DNA of 64,000 nucleotides, from assembly GCA_964187785.1 (NCBI GenBank), contig OZ076409.1, positions 70,124,001 through 70,188,000 on the forward strand, given 5' to 3'. Positions within the stretch are counted from its first letter, which is position 1. Every line of letters starts with the position of its first letter. This DNA comes from Amphiscolops sp. MND2022. Taxonomy: Eukaryota. The position numbers and the translations under genes were made by a program. Of this stretch, positions 26,373 through 39,097 are shown in pieces. Below the pieces are notes generated by a model. That model saw only the letters and a program-made list of their open reading frames with translations. It made no database searches and was not told where the DNA came from.

Positions 26373-26522
26373 TTTTGCATCAGTTTTGAAATCCGCCGGA
26401 TTTCAAAACTGATGCAAAAATCTTTTTTTTTGGGATTGAATTAAAATATTCTTGAAAATATTGGAGTCGGCGACTCCAATATTTTTAATAATATTTTAAT
26501 TCAATCCCAAAAAAAAGATTTT
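26373..26522. repeat. Two abutting palindromes (23-bp perfect arms; ~52-bp near-perfect arms)
   Basis: Centres at 26396 (ATCCG-C-CGGAT) and 26470 (GAGTCG-G-CGACTC). Confidence 0.9.
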
Positions 26523-27418
26523 CTATTGCTAGAATGAAAATCTCGATCTTTTCAAAAGTTTTCCGCATCATGTCGCCTTGTGTAAGTTTATGACTTGGTC
26601 TCGATTTTAGTTGTTTAAAAGCAACCCAAGGAATGGAAAAAAAACAGGAAAGCTCAGCTCACCTCACCTCGTATAGAATAGCGTTTTCAGTCGCACGTGC
26701 GCTGAATATTCTATCTTGATATGACGAATGTTGGTTTGTTAAAATGGTACGTACGCTAGCTCTGCTTGTACATGTAAGTCGCAGTTCTGGACTCAATGGT
26801 GTGTTTGAAACGTCATCACAATGGTTTGCACAGAAGAGAGCAGAAACGTCGTTTTTCCAGTGTAGCTGATAAAATTCGAATTCGTAACTTTTGACAGAAG
26901 CAATTGAGGTGAAAAAATCGTATAGAGACTGCACCAATTAAAGATTGATCTACTTCTGAAGTATTCAGTCCGTCTCATCATTTAACTGGTTTAGTTAACA
27001 CACATTCGTTCATTTATTCGGATGCGTATCAGTACTGTTGTACAGTATACTGCTGATACAAATTGAGCTACTTATCAAAAAGTTATCAACCTTAAATTTA
27101 ATATCATATCCGTTAATTCCGCAACTTAAAACGCTCTGTTAAACCTTGTTGTTATTTTTGCCCCAGGTTTCATTTAACCCGCTACGGTAACTTCTAAACA
27201 AATGTGACCAAAGGAAAGATATACTAACTACAATATATTGTGGTTCATTTGTCGAGCCAGGTCAGTCATTTTCTCATCAAATTGAAGATTATTCGTTTGT
27301 GGAATTCATAGTTATTGCAAACTTTCGACATTTGAGGACGCAGTTCATACGTGAAACATATCTGAGGTGAAATCAGTTTTGATCAGTTTGAGGTCAATTC
27401 GAGTTCAATTGGTACAGA

Positions 27419-30400
27419 ATGACAGGTCATGTTCCTATTGACGTCACGGCCGAGTGGCAGATTGCTCTGAGTGACGGGAAGCATTTGATCCAGTTCGAAC
27501 ATGGCACCACAACTGGCAAAAGGCTCATTTTACTCGATAAAAAGGCTAGTGTTGAAATTTGATAACAAAATTTTGGAGTGCGAAAAACTCAACACTTGAA
27601 AACTCAACACAAGAAAACTCAACACAAAAACTCAACACATTTAATTAATTTTAGTTAACACTTCAATTGAGTTCAATTTCCAGATTAAAAAACCATGAAA
27701 CAAAACGATATAAAAAGTTTACACGCAAACACAAATATTTTTAGAAAAAATGTATCAAATGCATAAATGATGAGCAGTACGCTTAAGGAATATACGTGTA
27801 TGATATATATCACTATTATTACATATCCATGTATTCAGTAGCCTAAAATGTGTTGAGTTTTCTGTGTTGAGTTTTCGTGTGTTGAGTTTTCTTGTGTTGA
27901 GTTTTCTGGTAATCAAAAATTTTATCTCAGCATCCAATTAAATATACATTGATTGACAACAAATCAGGAGAACAATCCTTTAGTGATTCCATTGCAAAAA
28001 AAATATTAACGTTTCAGCCAAGATCTTGCTTATTCTTGCAAATTCCCGCTCGTTCTTGAAAACCTCCATAAGATCTTCTTTATTATTGCTCCACGCAAAC
28101 TCTTAAATTTGTAAGTAGTATCTATCCCCAGTCGAACTCCCATACATTTCTTGCAAGAATCTTGCAGAAGTGGTACATATCAGACACTATCTGCAAGAAT
28201 CTTGCAAGAATCTTAGATTTCAGACCAACCTGTCTCAGATTCTGGCAGATCAGACATTTCTTGAAGATTCAGACGTTTCTTGCAAGAGTCTTGCAGGTCA
28301 AGACATTTCTTACAAGATTCTTGGACGGATCTTGCAAGATAATGTCTGAAAATTGAAAGATATTCTGCAAGAAAATGTCTGGAATGTACGGAGAACGTCA
28401 AGATTGTTTGTTTTTTCAATTTTAACGCAAGAATATGTTCGAAATGAATGTAAATGTCTCATATACGGAGTCACACGGACTTAACCTCGACAGAACACCG
28501 AGAAGTTGAAAAAGTGACAAAAATAGGAAAAAAAGTTTCAAAGCTTAATTTCTCCACGAATAATAGCGACAGCTCAAATCGGTTTTCTGCTCCTGAAAGC
28601 CCTTTACCAAAGCTTTCAAATGGACACTAGTTAGGCTGGGAGTTGATACCACATTTGAGGTGAGAGCGCTACCCCGGCGGCACGGGCCCGGCTTTGCCGG
28701 GCCATTCAATTGACACTCGAACTTTTCGCTGAAGCTTCATTAAAAAAACTTCTATATGCGGTTTCAATGGCGGCAAACTGTGTTACTAGAGTGTGACAGT
28801 AACTTAGCAAACAGTTGCTGTGTTATTGAGAAAAAGTTAATTTTCTGAAAAGTATTTTTTGCAAATTTTAACTTTTTTCTAGTTACCTTTTTGCCGGTGG
28901 TTCGGAAAACAAACTATATTGACACAAATAACAATTCGTCCCAGGTAGTGCAATAGATTGTTGATTAGAAAAACAAGACACCTGCTAAGCACCGGGATAT
29001 TTTCCTCCCTTTTCGCCTTCAACCACTGAGCCATAGCTATTTTGGGAGGGGGGAATAGGATCTAAATAATAAGATCCAAAATTTAGAGATTTTAGATCTT
29101 ATTCCCTTTAGATCTGATTCCCGTACTGAAATTTTAGATCTTATTCCTATTTTTACTTTAGATATTATTGCCAGTATGAAGGCTGAGTAGGGATACTGTC
29201 AGTATGAAAGCTGAGTAGGGAGACTGAGCAAGTGGAGTAATAAAAGTGGAATTTTGGCAGAATTAGTAAAAAAAACGCAACACAGATGATGATTTTCCTC
29301 CCCCATTTTAAAATGAGGGGTCGGAAAATAACAACACAGATGATGATTTTCCTCCCCCATTTTAAAATGAGGGGTCGGAAAATAACAAAACTTCGTTTTC
29401 CTATAAGCTTTTTGCGTTTCGTAATATTTTATTGATTGTGAAAGAAATCTGTCCTCATTTGGGGACAAAAGCACTGTCGAGGTTAAATGTGACTGAAGAT
29501 GTTGAAATATGATTTGTTTATTATAGTCTCAAGGTTCAGGCTTTTTCTTCCAAGATACTTCCAAGATCGGGCTTTTTCTTCCAAGATACTTCCAAGATCA
29601 GGAATTTTCTTCCAAGATACTTCCAAGATTAGGCATTTTCTTCCAAGTTACTTCCAAGATCAGATTATTTCTTGCAAGATCTTGCAAGACCAGACATTTT
29701 CTTGCAAGATCTTCCAAGACCAGACATTTTCTTGCAAGATCTTCCAAGATACCTGCAAGAATAATGCATTGTCTTCCAAGATCTTGGAAGTGAAATCTGA
29801 CAGATTCTTGCAGAAAACGTATGGGAGTTCGACTGGGGATGTTAAATCTCGAGAAGAAAATTCCTTGCAAAACAAATTTCCGTTCCGTACAAGCACGTTG
29901 CTATCATTTATTTGAGAAGACGAAATTTTTTCCCCTATTGCGCGGGGTGGCCTTTCGGATACTTTTCGGATTGGCTGTATGGCAACTTGAAGTTTCGTAA
30001 TTCAGATTGTGACATCCATTTTTGTAGGTTGAATCTGCGGCAAAACAGTTACTGTGATCAAGTCCCAGTTGGCAACTGTTCCGGTTCCTCTGCATTCCCT
30101 TTTAGTCGATTTTCTATTGAAACTCTTTGCTCGTATTATTATCATCTCAAATTTACCACAAACACGTTCCCACACACAAATCCCGGAGAACCAAACTTGC
30201 ATCGTTTTGGCACATTTATGTGGCAATCAATCCGGACATCTTTCATATTCTAGACTCGAGCGAGAATCATTCGGAGAAAATTGAAGTTCACTTGAACATG
30301 TAGTCAAGATTTGCAAATTTTGCTCCCATTGCGTTTCGAAATTGCTTCGTGGAAATTAGTGGAGCGCTGCAGAAATTTGAAATCAGATTGCTAAATTATC

Positions 30401-33400
30401 ATTGCAAAAATAATTTAATTCGGCTAACGAAACTCAGTTTTGCTGAAACCATTCCGACATTTTCCTTACTCTTAACTTTGGATTACATATCTTTTGAAAG
30501 TTAACGTGGGTATCCATTCTATTCAACAACAAAACAATTTTGGTACTTACCGTGATTTTAAATTTAGTGTTTCAAAATGGGATCAGATGAATTGAAAAGT
30601 ATCAAAACTTTCAGCTTCTAAAATTTCTAATCGTTTTGGTAATTCATTGACTACTCTCGAGCCCTAAAATTTTTTTGTTGCTAGAACACCTTGGGGCGGA
30701 AAATATCACGCTGGTCAACTGGCATCTTGTTAGTCAAAAAAGTTTTTTTTGCAAAAGTTTATTGTTGTAGGAAATACTGAGGAAGAATTGGATGTTCAAA
30801 CTAGTCGGATCAGAATCTTTCTACATAAACTCCAAAACGAAGGCCACCATTTTGATAGAAGCAGTCGGAGGCTTTTCATACGAGTACACTCTCGAAATCA
30901 ACGGCAAACCCTTTCAGAAATTCACCAAAGACTACTCCAAATCATGCAGAACTTGGAGCATTGTCGTACAAGGACAAGATTTTAGAATTTGTATGGGTTA
31001 GTCTTCTAAACGTTGTCTAAATAGGTCTTAGCGCTTGGTCTTTTCATATAACTTGTCTTCTTCCTTTTTTCCCTACTTTAAAATTTTGAACCTGAATTCA
31101 GGAAAACAAAAGGAGCATTAATCGAACTGCAACTGGCCCCAGGCGTACCTTGCTTGTAATACTGGGAAATAGATAGAAAAATGCAAATATTTTTCCTCAA
31201 TCCGATTTTCTAAACGCTAATTTCTGAGTGACAAACGGCGAAGACTTTTTTTGGGTGGGGAACAGCTGGTAACTTTCATGAAATATACGGCTTTGTTCTG
31301 TAGTTTCGACTTCTTTTCACGTTTTCTGATTGTTTCTTTTTGTTTTCAGCTCAAAACAAATACTAATGGAATATTGAAATTCCTACCCGTACTGAGATTC
31401 CATTCAATCCCATCGATGGGCCCATAGCAGCCCATCGATGCCCATTAATGGACCATCGATGGACCCAACGATGATCCACCGATCGACATTGCAACTTTTC
31501 CTGATGGACATCGATGGACCATCGATGGCCATTGATGAATTTCAATTATGGCCCAACGCGTTAAGGCCACTTGGGAGCCTTTTAGAGATGCAAATTTCTA
31601 AATTTAACCAACTGACTTTCCCTTTTCAGCCTATCTAAGCTTTATCGCGCCTGAAAATCACTCATTTCGATTTTTTGTCTAGACATTGGTTCTTTTCGAT
31701 TGGTTGTTGCTCAACTAGTAGCAGTGGTGACGTCCGAAAAGTTTCCGGACGCCACATAAAGCAGTTTCGCCAAAAAAAATTCGCCGTGAGATCCATCAAA
31801 TTTAGGGCGAAATTGTATCAAAAACGGAAAATCTTCAGATAAAACGATGCCTGATCAGAAGATTTCAGTATTTAAACTGTTTTTCAACCAAAACTGCAGT
31901 TTTCAGGTCTAAACGACGTGAAAACTGCAGTTTTGGTTGGATGTATAGAATCCGCCAAAATTTTGAATATGGCCTTTTCGAACGCATTTTTGTGATCAGA
32001 AAATTTCGATTTTCATCGATGGGATCATCCTTCACAAAAGGCCATCGATGCCCATTGACGGGCCCATTGATGGTCATCGATTGGATCATCCTTCACAAAA
32101 GCCCATCGATGCCCATTGATGGGCCCATTGATGGCGATCGATGGGTCCAATGGGACTGAGATGGCCATCGATGAACTGCGATGGGATCCCAGTACGGGAT
32201 GATAATACCATTTCTGACGAGTTATGTCAAGATACTCCTTAAAAACTCTTCACTTCACAGAAAAGACCAAGCACTACCAATAGAGAACACTTGGTCAACG
32301 AAGCATTTTCAGACCGACCATCAGTTTTAACTCAGTCATAACAAAAATACTTGTTACTTGTCCTTTTGTTTGCAAAAATTTGTTTTATCATTCAGGATAT
32401 TGTTCTAAAATTCTTCTGAGATTCTTTAAGCATCATAAAGTATCTTGTTCGTAGTTCTTCATCCAATCAACACTTGTTTCTCATTCCAAATTCAAATGGA
32501 AAAGGAACATGTATTCCAATCACTCTATTCCTTCCTCGTTACTCTTGCCACAATTTTGGAGCACATGAAAATCGATAAGGTCCGGAGGCACCTTTGATCC
32601 GTGGAGGCAGGTGTCACAATTGAATTGACTGGTGAAATTTGATTTCCTTCCTCTCCCACGTATTTGCTTTGCACTCTTTGGAGTTTTGAATCCGACAACC
32701 TCAATCTGAACTATTTCAACGAAGCTGGGGAAAATTCCAGATAGCGCTCTCAGATTTCTGTCGGTGTCATTTGGCATGGTTGCATGTTAGGTGTTATTTC
32801 AATACGGGTAGGTATTGTTCACACATGAACAAACAATGGCCATAAGAAACACCCTAATCAGAGTAAGATTATTTTCAATGTGGCGTCAAATAAAACCATG
32901 AAGAAATTTTTATTTGAAAAAATTGAACACATTCAAGTTTTTCGATACACTTTTTAATGAGTGTTTTTAGAATGTTTTATCCTTTTTTTCGTTCTTCTTT
33001 TTCTTTCTTCAACACAGTTCCAATTTTTGATGAATTTAACGTTTGCAGGCATAATTCATACCATTCAAGGCACCCCAGATATAGCAAGACCTATTGATTT
33101 AGTGGGTGAAACCTTTTACATCGAACAATGTGAGTTCCACAACTGAGATTAACAGTTAATGACCTTGCAAAAAATTTTCTTAGCAAAACTTCTTTTCTAA
33201 CTGAACTTAATCACGACACAACACATTTCAACAATCAGCCAATGGTTAAAATTTGGGTAATCACCGGGAGAATCTGTTTTAGAACTCGACACTTTGGATG
33301 TCTTCGTAAATGGCAACAAACAAAACGTCGAAGTGAGTAATTTTTCTCAGTATAAAATACTATATGAAGCTATAGAAGGTGTGACAATTTGTTCAACGAG

Positions 33401-36400
33401 TTTCCTTTTCAAAGTTGAGTTATTTAGAATCGAATTATACAGGATCGAAAAGATGACGTCATTATATATTTCGAAACCAAAACGGGTGGTATGATTCGGT
33501 CTTTCTCCTTCTGGGGAGCTTTGGGCACCTCCAAGTCGGCCTTCGTCAAAACCTGCCGCTACTTAACTAGCGGCACGTCGCTTCGCATCTGCAATTAGGG
33601 CACTTGAGGTATGGTGTAATATTAATGAAATTTTGACCTCTTTCGATTCTAGGTAAAATCAAGCAACTTTTGTCAAATTTTTTCTACATTTGTTACCTTA
33701 GAATGTTAAAGACGCTCATCAAGGAAAGAATTCGTTCTCCGGGAGACATTTGTTAAGAAATAAAGGCAGTTTTTAAGGAAAAAAAGGCTCAGAGTGCGAC
33801 CAAAACTTACAAAACTCCAAATTAAACCAATTTTTCACGTTTTTGTGCAACTTTTGTCAGATTTTCGAGAATTTTCAAGAATCAAAATGTTGAAAACCTT
33901 CAACAGCGAATGAATTTGTACAGGACGCTTAAATACCAATTATTGACTAAAACGTTTGACTACATAGTCAAAACAACAATGAATTTTTCGTAAAACTCGA
34001 TAAATTTCTAGACATTGCTCTATGTCACTTTTGCCAATCAACGGATAGCCTCTTTCAGGAATTGACTGAAGCTTTTTCAAGCAGTTTTGGAGGACGCTCA
34101 AGAACCAGTTAGGACCATGTACCAGTACCACAGGTTTTATCATGTTGAAACAGCTGTCTCAATGACGCTCGAGCCGTCGGGCAAGGAATGTTGCGCTTTT
34201 GTATTTCGTAGCGCTAATGGTTTATTTCAGTGGTGAGCATGAAGCATTGGACCCTTAGAAACAACTGTGGTAAAAGAAAAAACTGAACTTTTGTTTGTAT
34301 GAAACAACTTGGACTGCATGTAAACGAAGCTAGCTTTTTACAAGGTACATTTTTTCAATCTAAATTTTATGAAAAAATTTAGGGAAATGGAAATACAAAT
34401 TGAATGTAAAAGACAATGGACGCTTTAACTAGCAGATTCTGTTGATAATAATTTTATCGGAAACAGGTCTGACAATGGAGGTTGAATCCTCAATCTCTGC
34501 AAAAAATAGCTGTGTCCCACGCATCAAGATAGTAAATGAAATGATATAAGAGAAAACCCCTCATCCAAAATATATGATACCAAATTGTTTATTGTAAAAC
34601 AGTTGAATCTCTCCAGATGATGAAGAACTACCTGCCAACTGGACAAGAGTTACATATTAGATGCCAAATATTCCAAGATTGGCTGAAATGATGTCCCACT
34701 TGCCAATTGAGTAGTAAGGACAATCAATATAAATTAAAAATAGGAATTTTCTTCAATATCTGCATACCTACTTTTCAAGTGCCCAACAAAACTGTAGAAT
34801 CTTTGTTCATTTGACTTTCGAAAAAAAACTTACAATTAGCAAAATTCAGAACTTACTTTGCTTTGATCCAATTTTTTTAAACGAAAAAAAGTTCAGTTTA
34901 TACTTACACTATTGTACATTAGGTTTGGATTACTCAACTCATTGTAGTTGAGCACGACAGCTCACAGACAATACCCTCAGACTGTTTAAATCGATAAGTC
35001 GTTTGTTTGTAGTTTCCGTCCATAAATCAAATGGAAAAGGAAAATATCAAACGGAATTTTTTTCAAAATTTGCCAAGCCCAAATTTATATCCAAGCTAAA
35101 GGGTTTCACCCATAGAAGGGAACTGACGTAAAATTAAAATCATGCGGTTTGTATTTGTAAAGGCTTTAGGATTTTTGAATGACCCCAAATACTACACAAG
35201 AACCCAAAAATGACCCCAAAATAGTAAAAACTGTTTTCCGAAAAAAAAACCAAGAGAAATCTCCAATTTTAACGTTTTATGCAATTTTTGGCCAATTTTT
35301 ATACACTTGCTAGCTTAGAAAGTTAAGGACGTTCAACAAGGAAATCTTTGTTGTCCAAGAGGCATTTTCGAAGAGTTGAATGCAACTTGTGCTGAAAATT
35401 TATCTCAAATTCAGACCTAAATTGACAAAAATTCAAAAATTAAGATTTCAAAAATTTCCATGCTAATGTTGGCTACTTTTCGAAACACTTGGTGGCTTAG
35501 ATCGTTGATCATGTTCACTTCACAAAGGGAAGAATTCGTTGCCCGGGAGGCGTTTTTTAAAAAATAAAGGCAGATTTCAAACAAAAAAAGCTCAAAGTGC
35601 AACCAAAAATGACAAAAGCTCCTAATTATACCAATTTTTCACATTATCATAAAACCTTTGTTAAGTATTCAAAAAATTTCAAGAATCGAAATATTACAAA
35701 ATATCAACAAGGAACGATTTGGATGTCCAAAAGAGTTGTTTGGAGAGACAAATGCAGTTTTTAGAAAAAAAATGTCATATTGGTCTCAAACTAGTCAAAA
35801 AATCTTCTTATTTACTTTACAATATTTGATTTTCAACGCAAGTTTTGTTGAATTTTCAACGTTTCATAGATTAGAACTCTGAAACCGTTCAACAACTACT
35901 GTGAGTGACTAGTAGGCTTCTTGAAAGGATAAATGCCAGTTTGTGATGAAAATGTGCTCAAATTTGACCCTAAAGTTGTCGAAAACTCCGAAAAAAATCC
36001 AATTTATGTAGCTTCTTCACGTTATTTTGGGAATTTTTGTAAGTTAGAAGGTGTAAAAAAATCAAAAGCGAAAAAATCATGTATTTAGTTTCCTTTTTGT
36101 TGTCTGAGTAAAATAGAGTGTTTTACATCAGAAATACTTCAAAACGTAACAAAAGATTCAGTAAGTCGAAAAAATGAGTTTTTAAACATTTTTGTGCAAT
36201 GTCTGTGAACTTTTCGAAACGTTTCCCGAATTAGAATAACAGAATGGATCAAAAACTAAGGCAGTTGATATCCAGTTGGCTTTTGTGGGAGGTATTTTCC
36301 CATTTATGTTTGGAAAATGTCTCAATATGAACCAAAAAGGATAAAATAACGAAAGTTTTCTTCTTTTGACTAATTTGGAAATTTTTGTGAAACTTTCGGT

Positions 36401-38766
36401 AAACTAGATGGTCTTAAAGCTCCAGACAAAATATCAAGCGATGCAGTGCAACTTTTGTAGTTTTTTATGTAGAGCATTTTCTCAGAATGACCCAATTGAA
36501 TCGAGGTTCCTAAACATTTCCGAAAAATGGATTTGTTTGGATTTTTCGTGAACTTCGTATATTAGAAGAATGAAAACGTTCAACAGCAAACAAACATGAA
36601 ATAGAATAAACTTCTTGAAAATTAATTGCTGTTCCATGTTCAAAGGAGCCTCAAAATGACTCCAGATTAACGAAAAAGTCAAAAGTTTTCAAAATAATGA
36701 TAATTTCGAACCCTTTTCATCGAAATTTTGAAAGTTTTCGTGAATAAAAACACTGAAAATATGAAATAGCACTTGAATATTTTGTTCAAAAACCTCTTCG
36801 ATAAAAAATGCAAGCAATTATAGGAGAAAAGCCTCACTTTTACCCCCAAAATGTCAAAACACACATCTTTCCATCATGTCGTTTTTCCTGCAGAGTGTGT
36901 ACAATTTTTCAAAAGTTTTTGTGACTAACAAAATCAAAACACTCAGAAACGAACAAACAAGCTATTCAGAATGCTCCTCTGAAGAGAGAGTTGCAGTATT
37001 TTGCTTCCAAAACTTCTCTAAAATGAAAAACTTTAAAATCAACATTTCTTTTAAATGTTCGGAAGTTTCCATCGTTGGAAGAAACAAAACGTTCAACAGC
37101 GATCAGCTTCGGCTTTTTGAAGGTCAATTTCAGTTTCACGTTAAAAAAAGTGCCTCAAACTGACCTCAAAAGAATCGACAAAAAAACAACAAATTTTGGC
37201 AGTTGTTTGACAAATTAGTGAATTTAATGAAAGTTACCAAAATTTTGTATCGTTCAAAACGTTTAAACTTTTTGAATAGGCATGCAGAAAAGTTTTGGAA
37301 AAGAAATTGACAATTATGTAGATAAAAAGTTCGTCAGAACGGCTTGAAATTGGTGAGAAAACCTATTTTTTGTTTTTGAAATGTTTATATACTTTTTGAA
37401 AATCTTCCGAGCATTCTTGTAATTCAAGAACGACTGGACGCTGTATCCACACAAGCCGGCAAAAAACGAAGAGATGTTTAGTGTGAAATGAGTGTTTCCT
37501 TCTGAAATGAGATAACCAAATTCAAAAATGTCAAAACTTTTTTCATCAAACATCAAGCGTTTTCGTAGTAGAATGGCTACTCTGGAGCCTCAAAAATATG
37601 TCATTGCAAGAAGATTTTTTTTTCAGCTGACAATCTCACTCTGTGTGGTCCACTTTTCTTACAATTTTCATGTTGCGTTTCATCTTGCATACCAGCTTTC
37701 AACGTATTTTACATCATGTAAGAAACTCAACTGGACCAAAGGGTACTCGGATATATTGTTTTCAAAGTTCGGATATAACGTTTTCAAAGTTCTGATATGT
37801 TTTGAAAGTTCGGATTTAACGTTTCCAAACTTCGGATGTAACGTTTACAAATTTCGAATATAACGTTTTCGAAGTTCGGATATAACATTTTTAAAGTTCG
37901 GATCTTTTTTCCCAAAAGTTCACATAATTTGTTGAGCTTTAGATATGGCGTCGACTTGGGCCGTTCCCGGCTTTTTTATTGTATCTGTCAACTAAGAGCA
38001 GAAGAAGCGCGACCGTACACTTAACCGATGAGATACAGTTCAGTTTAGTTTGAATAATGTTTTCTTTGAAATATGAGATTGTAGAATACAACACTCAGTA
38101 TTGCTGGATTATGAATAAGCCCTTTAACCATGCCTGACAAAGTGGTATAGGCTGGTAAAAATTAAACAAACGAGAGAATTGGGGAGGAAATTGAAGCAAA
38201 AATGAAGAAATATTAGCACTGAGTTGCTGGCAGCATTGAGAACATTGCTTTCAAATTGCTGCTTCAAGCAGACCAGTGTGACCTTTTGATTGCTACAGGG
38301 CGAAGGTTTCCGAGAGGATGACGACTTTGAAAAACAGAACAATCCGCACTAAGGAATTGAGCCTTTATTATACATCCTTGCTCATCAAGCACTCATCAAA
38401 ATAAATTCTTTCTGTCAAAAAATACGGAAATTTGAGAAAACACTTTCATCCAACATATAGCTCTACTGCAGTTTTTCAAAACAGATATTCATTAGAACTA
38501 TGAGTGATGAAAATTCAACTGTGATGCTATGCTGTTGAATTACAGTGATTAGGTTGTGTTCACGTGAAATATATACATTTCAGCCTCAATTCTCGGAGGA
38601 GTTTGACGGCAGTGAGCGACACTTTTTGCTGACGTCAAATGTCAGTGCGCACATAGCCTCCTTCTCCAGCCACAACAAACACCAGGGTCTCATCCATCAC
38701 CTATACGTGGGCGATCTGGGCCCGTACGAGCCTGATAAACATGAAAACTCCGTATGCGTCATATAG
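27419..38766 (+). CDS. FAIM: Fas apoptotic inhibitory molecule; exons 27419-27544, 30771-30996, 33283-33332, 38584-38766 (194 aa)
   Basis: Translation W.IALSDGKH.I.FEHGTTTGKR / EILRKNWMFKLVGSE.F..KTKATI.I.A..GFSYEYTLEINGK / ELDTLDVFVNG / ..DGSE.HF..GLIHHLYV matches FAIM1 throughout. Intron phases 0,1,0 are consistent; the intron 1 donor is most likely GC. Confidence 0.93.
27575..27915. mobile_element. Foldback MITE, possibly MULE-type
   Basis: AAAACTCAACAC x4 on the left, inverted GTGTTGAGTTTT x4 on the right, flanked by direct AAAATTTT (8-9 bp TSD-like). Confidence 0.55.
28485..29482. mobile_element. piggyBac-like MITE
   Basis: TTAA|CCTCGACAG ... CTGTCGAGG|TTAA; a related end TTAACCTCGATAGTG occurs at 49275. 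Confidence 0.65.
28972..29385 (-). mobile_element. Family F Helentron-like copy with tandemly duplicated 54-bp end
   Basis: AACAAGAC...GGGATATTTTCC start; end module CAACACAGATG...GGGGTCGGAAAATAA present twice. Confidence 0.55.
31386..32198. mobile_element. CCC...GGG foldback MITE with CATCGATG subterminal repeats (CACTA-like)
   Basis: TIR CCCGTACTG(A/G)GAT(T/C)CCAT, arrays of CCATCGATGG at both ends. The flanking dinucleotides do not match (TA vs AT). Confidence 0.6.
35260..37300. repeat. Degenerate tandem satellite, ~185-bp unit
   Basis: CGTTCAACA-like anchor recurs near 35330, 35511, 35701, 35886, 36577 and 37090; related units at 33680-33930. Confidence 0.5.
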
Positions 38767-39097
38767 ACAACTTACTCTTCAATAGATTAAAACTACATTC
38801 ATTTAATTCTCATCATAATTTAACATTTTATTAGCATTTTCAGCTCATGTTCTTTTATTTTTAACACTTTTTTCCGACAAAATTATACGCATCAAATTAT
38901 GATGTAGCTAGTATCAAAAAAGTTGACCTCGATTTCTTTACAAGCTGCCTTAATTTTGTCATTGCGTGATCATTTTGCAACTTTGAACTAGCATAAAACT
39001 GAAACAGAAAGAAAGCGTTGTGAAATTCATTTGTAGTCTAATAATTTATAGTTTCTAATCAGAACGGTTCAAGTTCTTTGTTTTTCAGACCTCACTG

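Larger units (their letters stand above)
28126..29838. mobile_element. CACTA/EnSpm-like foldback element (TCTTGCAAGA family) with nested insertions
   Basis: Perfect 20-bp TIR CCCCAGTCGAACTCCCATAC, AT on both flanks, ~300-bp inverted subterminal arrays. Confidence 0.75.

Noticed and set aside
29520..29760. CRISPR-like array or repeat-protein ORFs (e.g. 29499-29915)
   Set aside because: ~30-bp tandem units without unique spacers; these are subterminal repeats of a foldback element in a eukaryotic intron.
32400..32870. Coding-like patch in FAIM intron 2 (ORF 32520-32777)
   Set aside because: No splice-compatible link or identifiable domain; probably a decayed transposon.
38752..38766. CaaX prenylation motif at the FAIM C-terminus (..SVCVI)
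   Set aside because: The Cys is third, not fourth, from the end.
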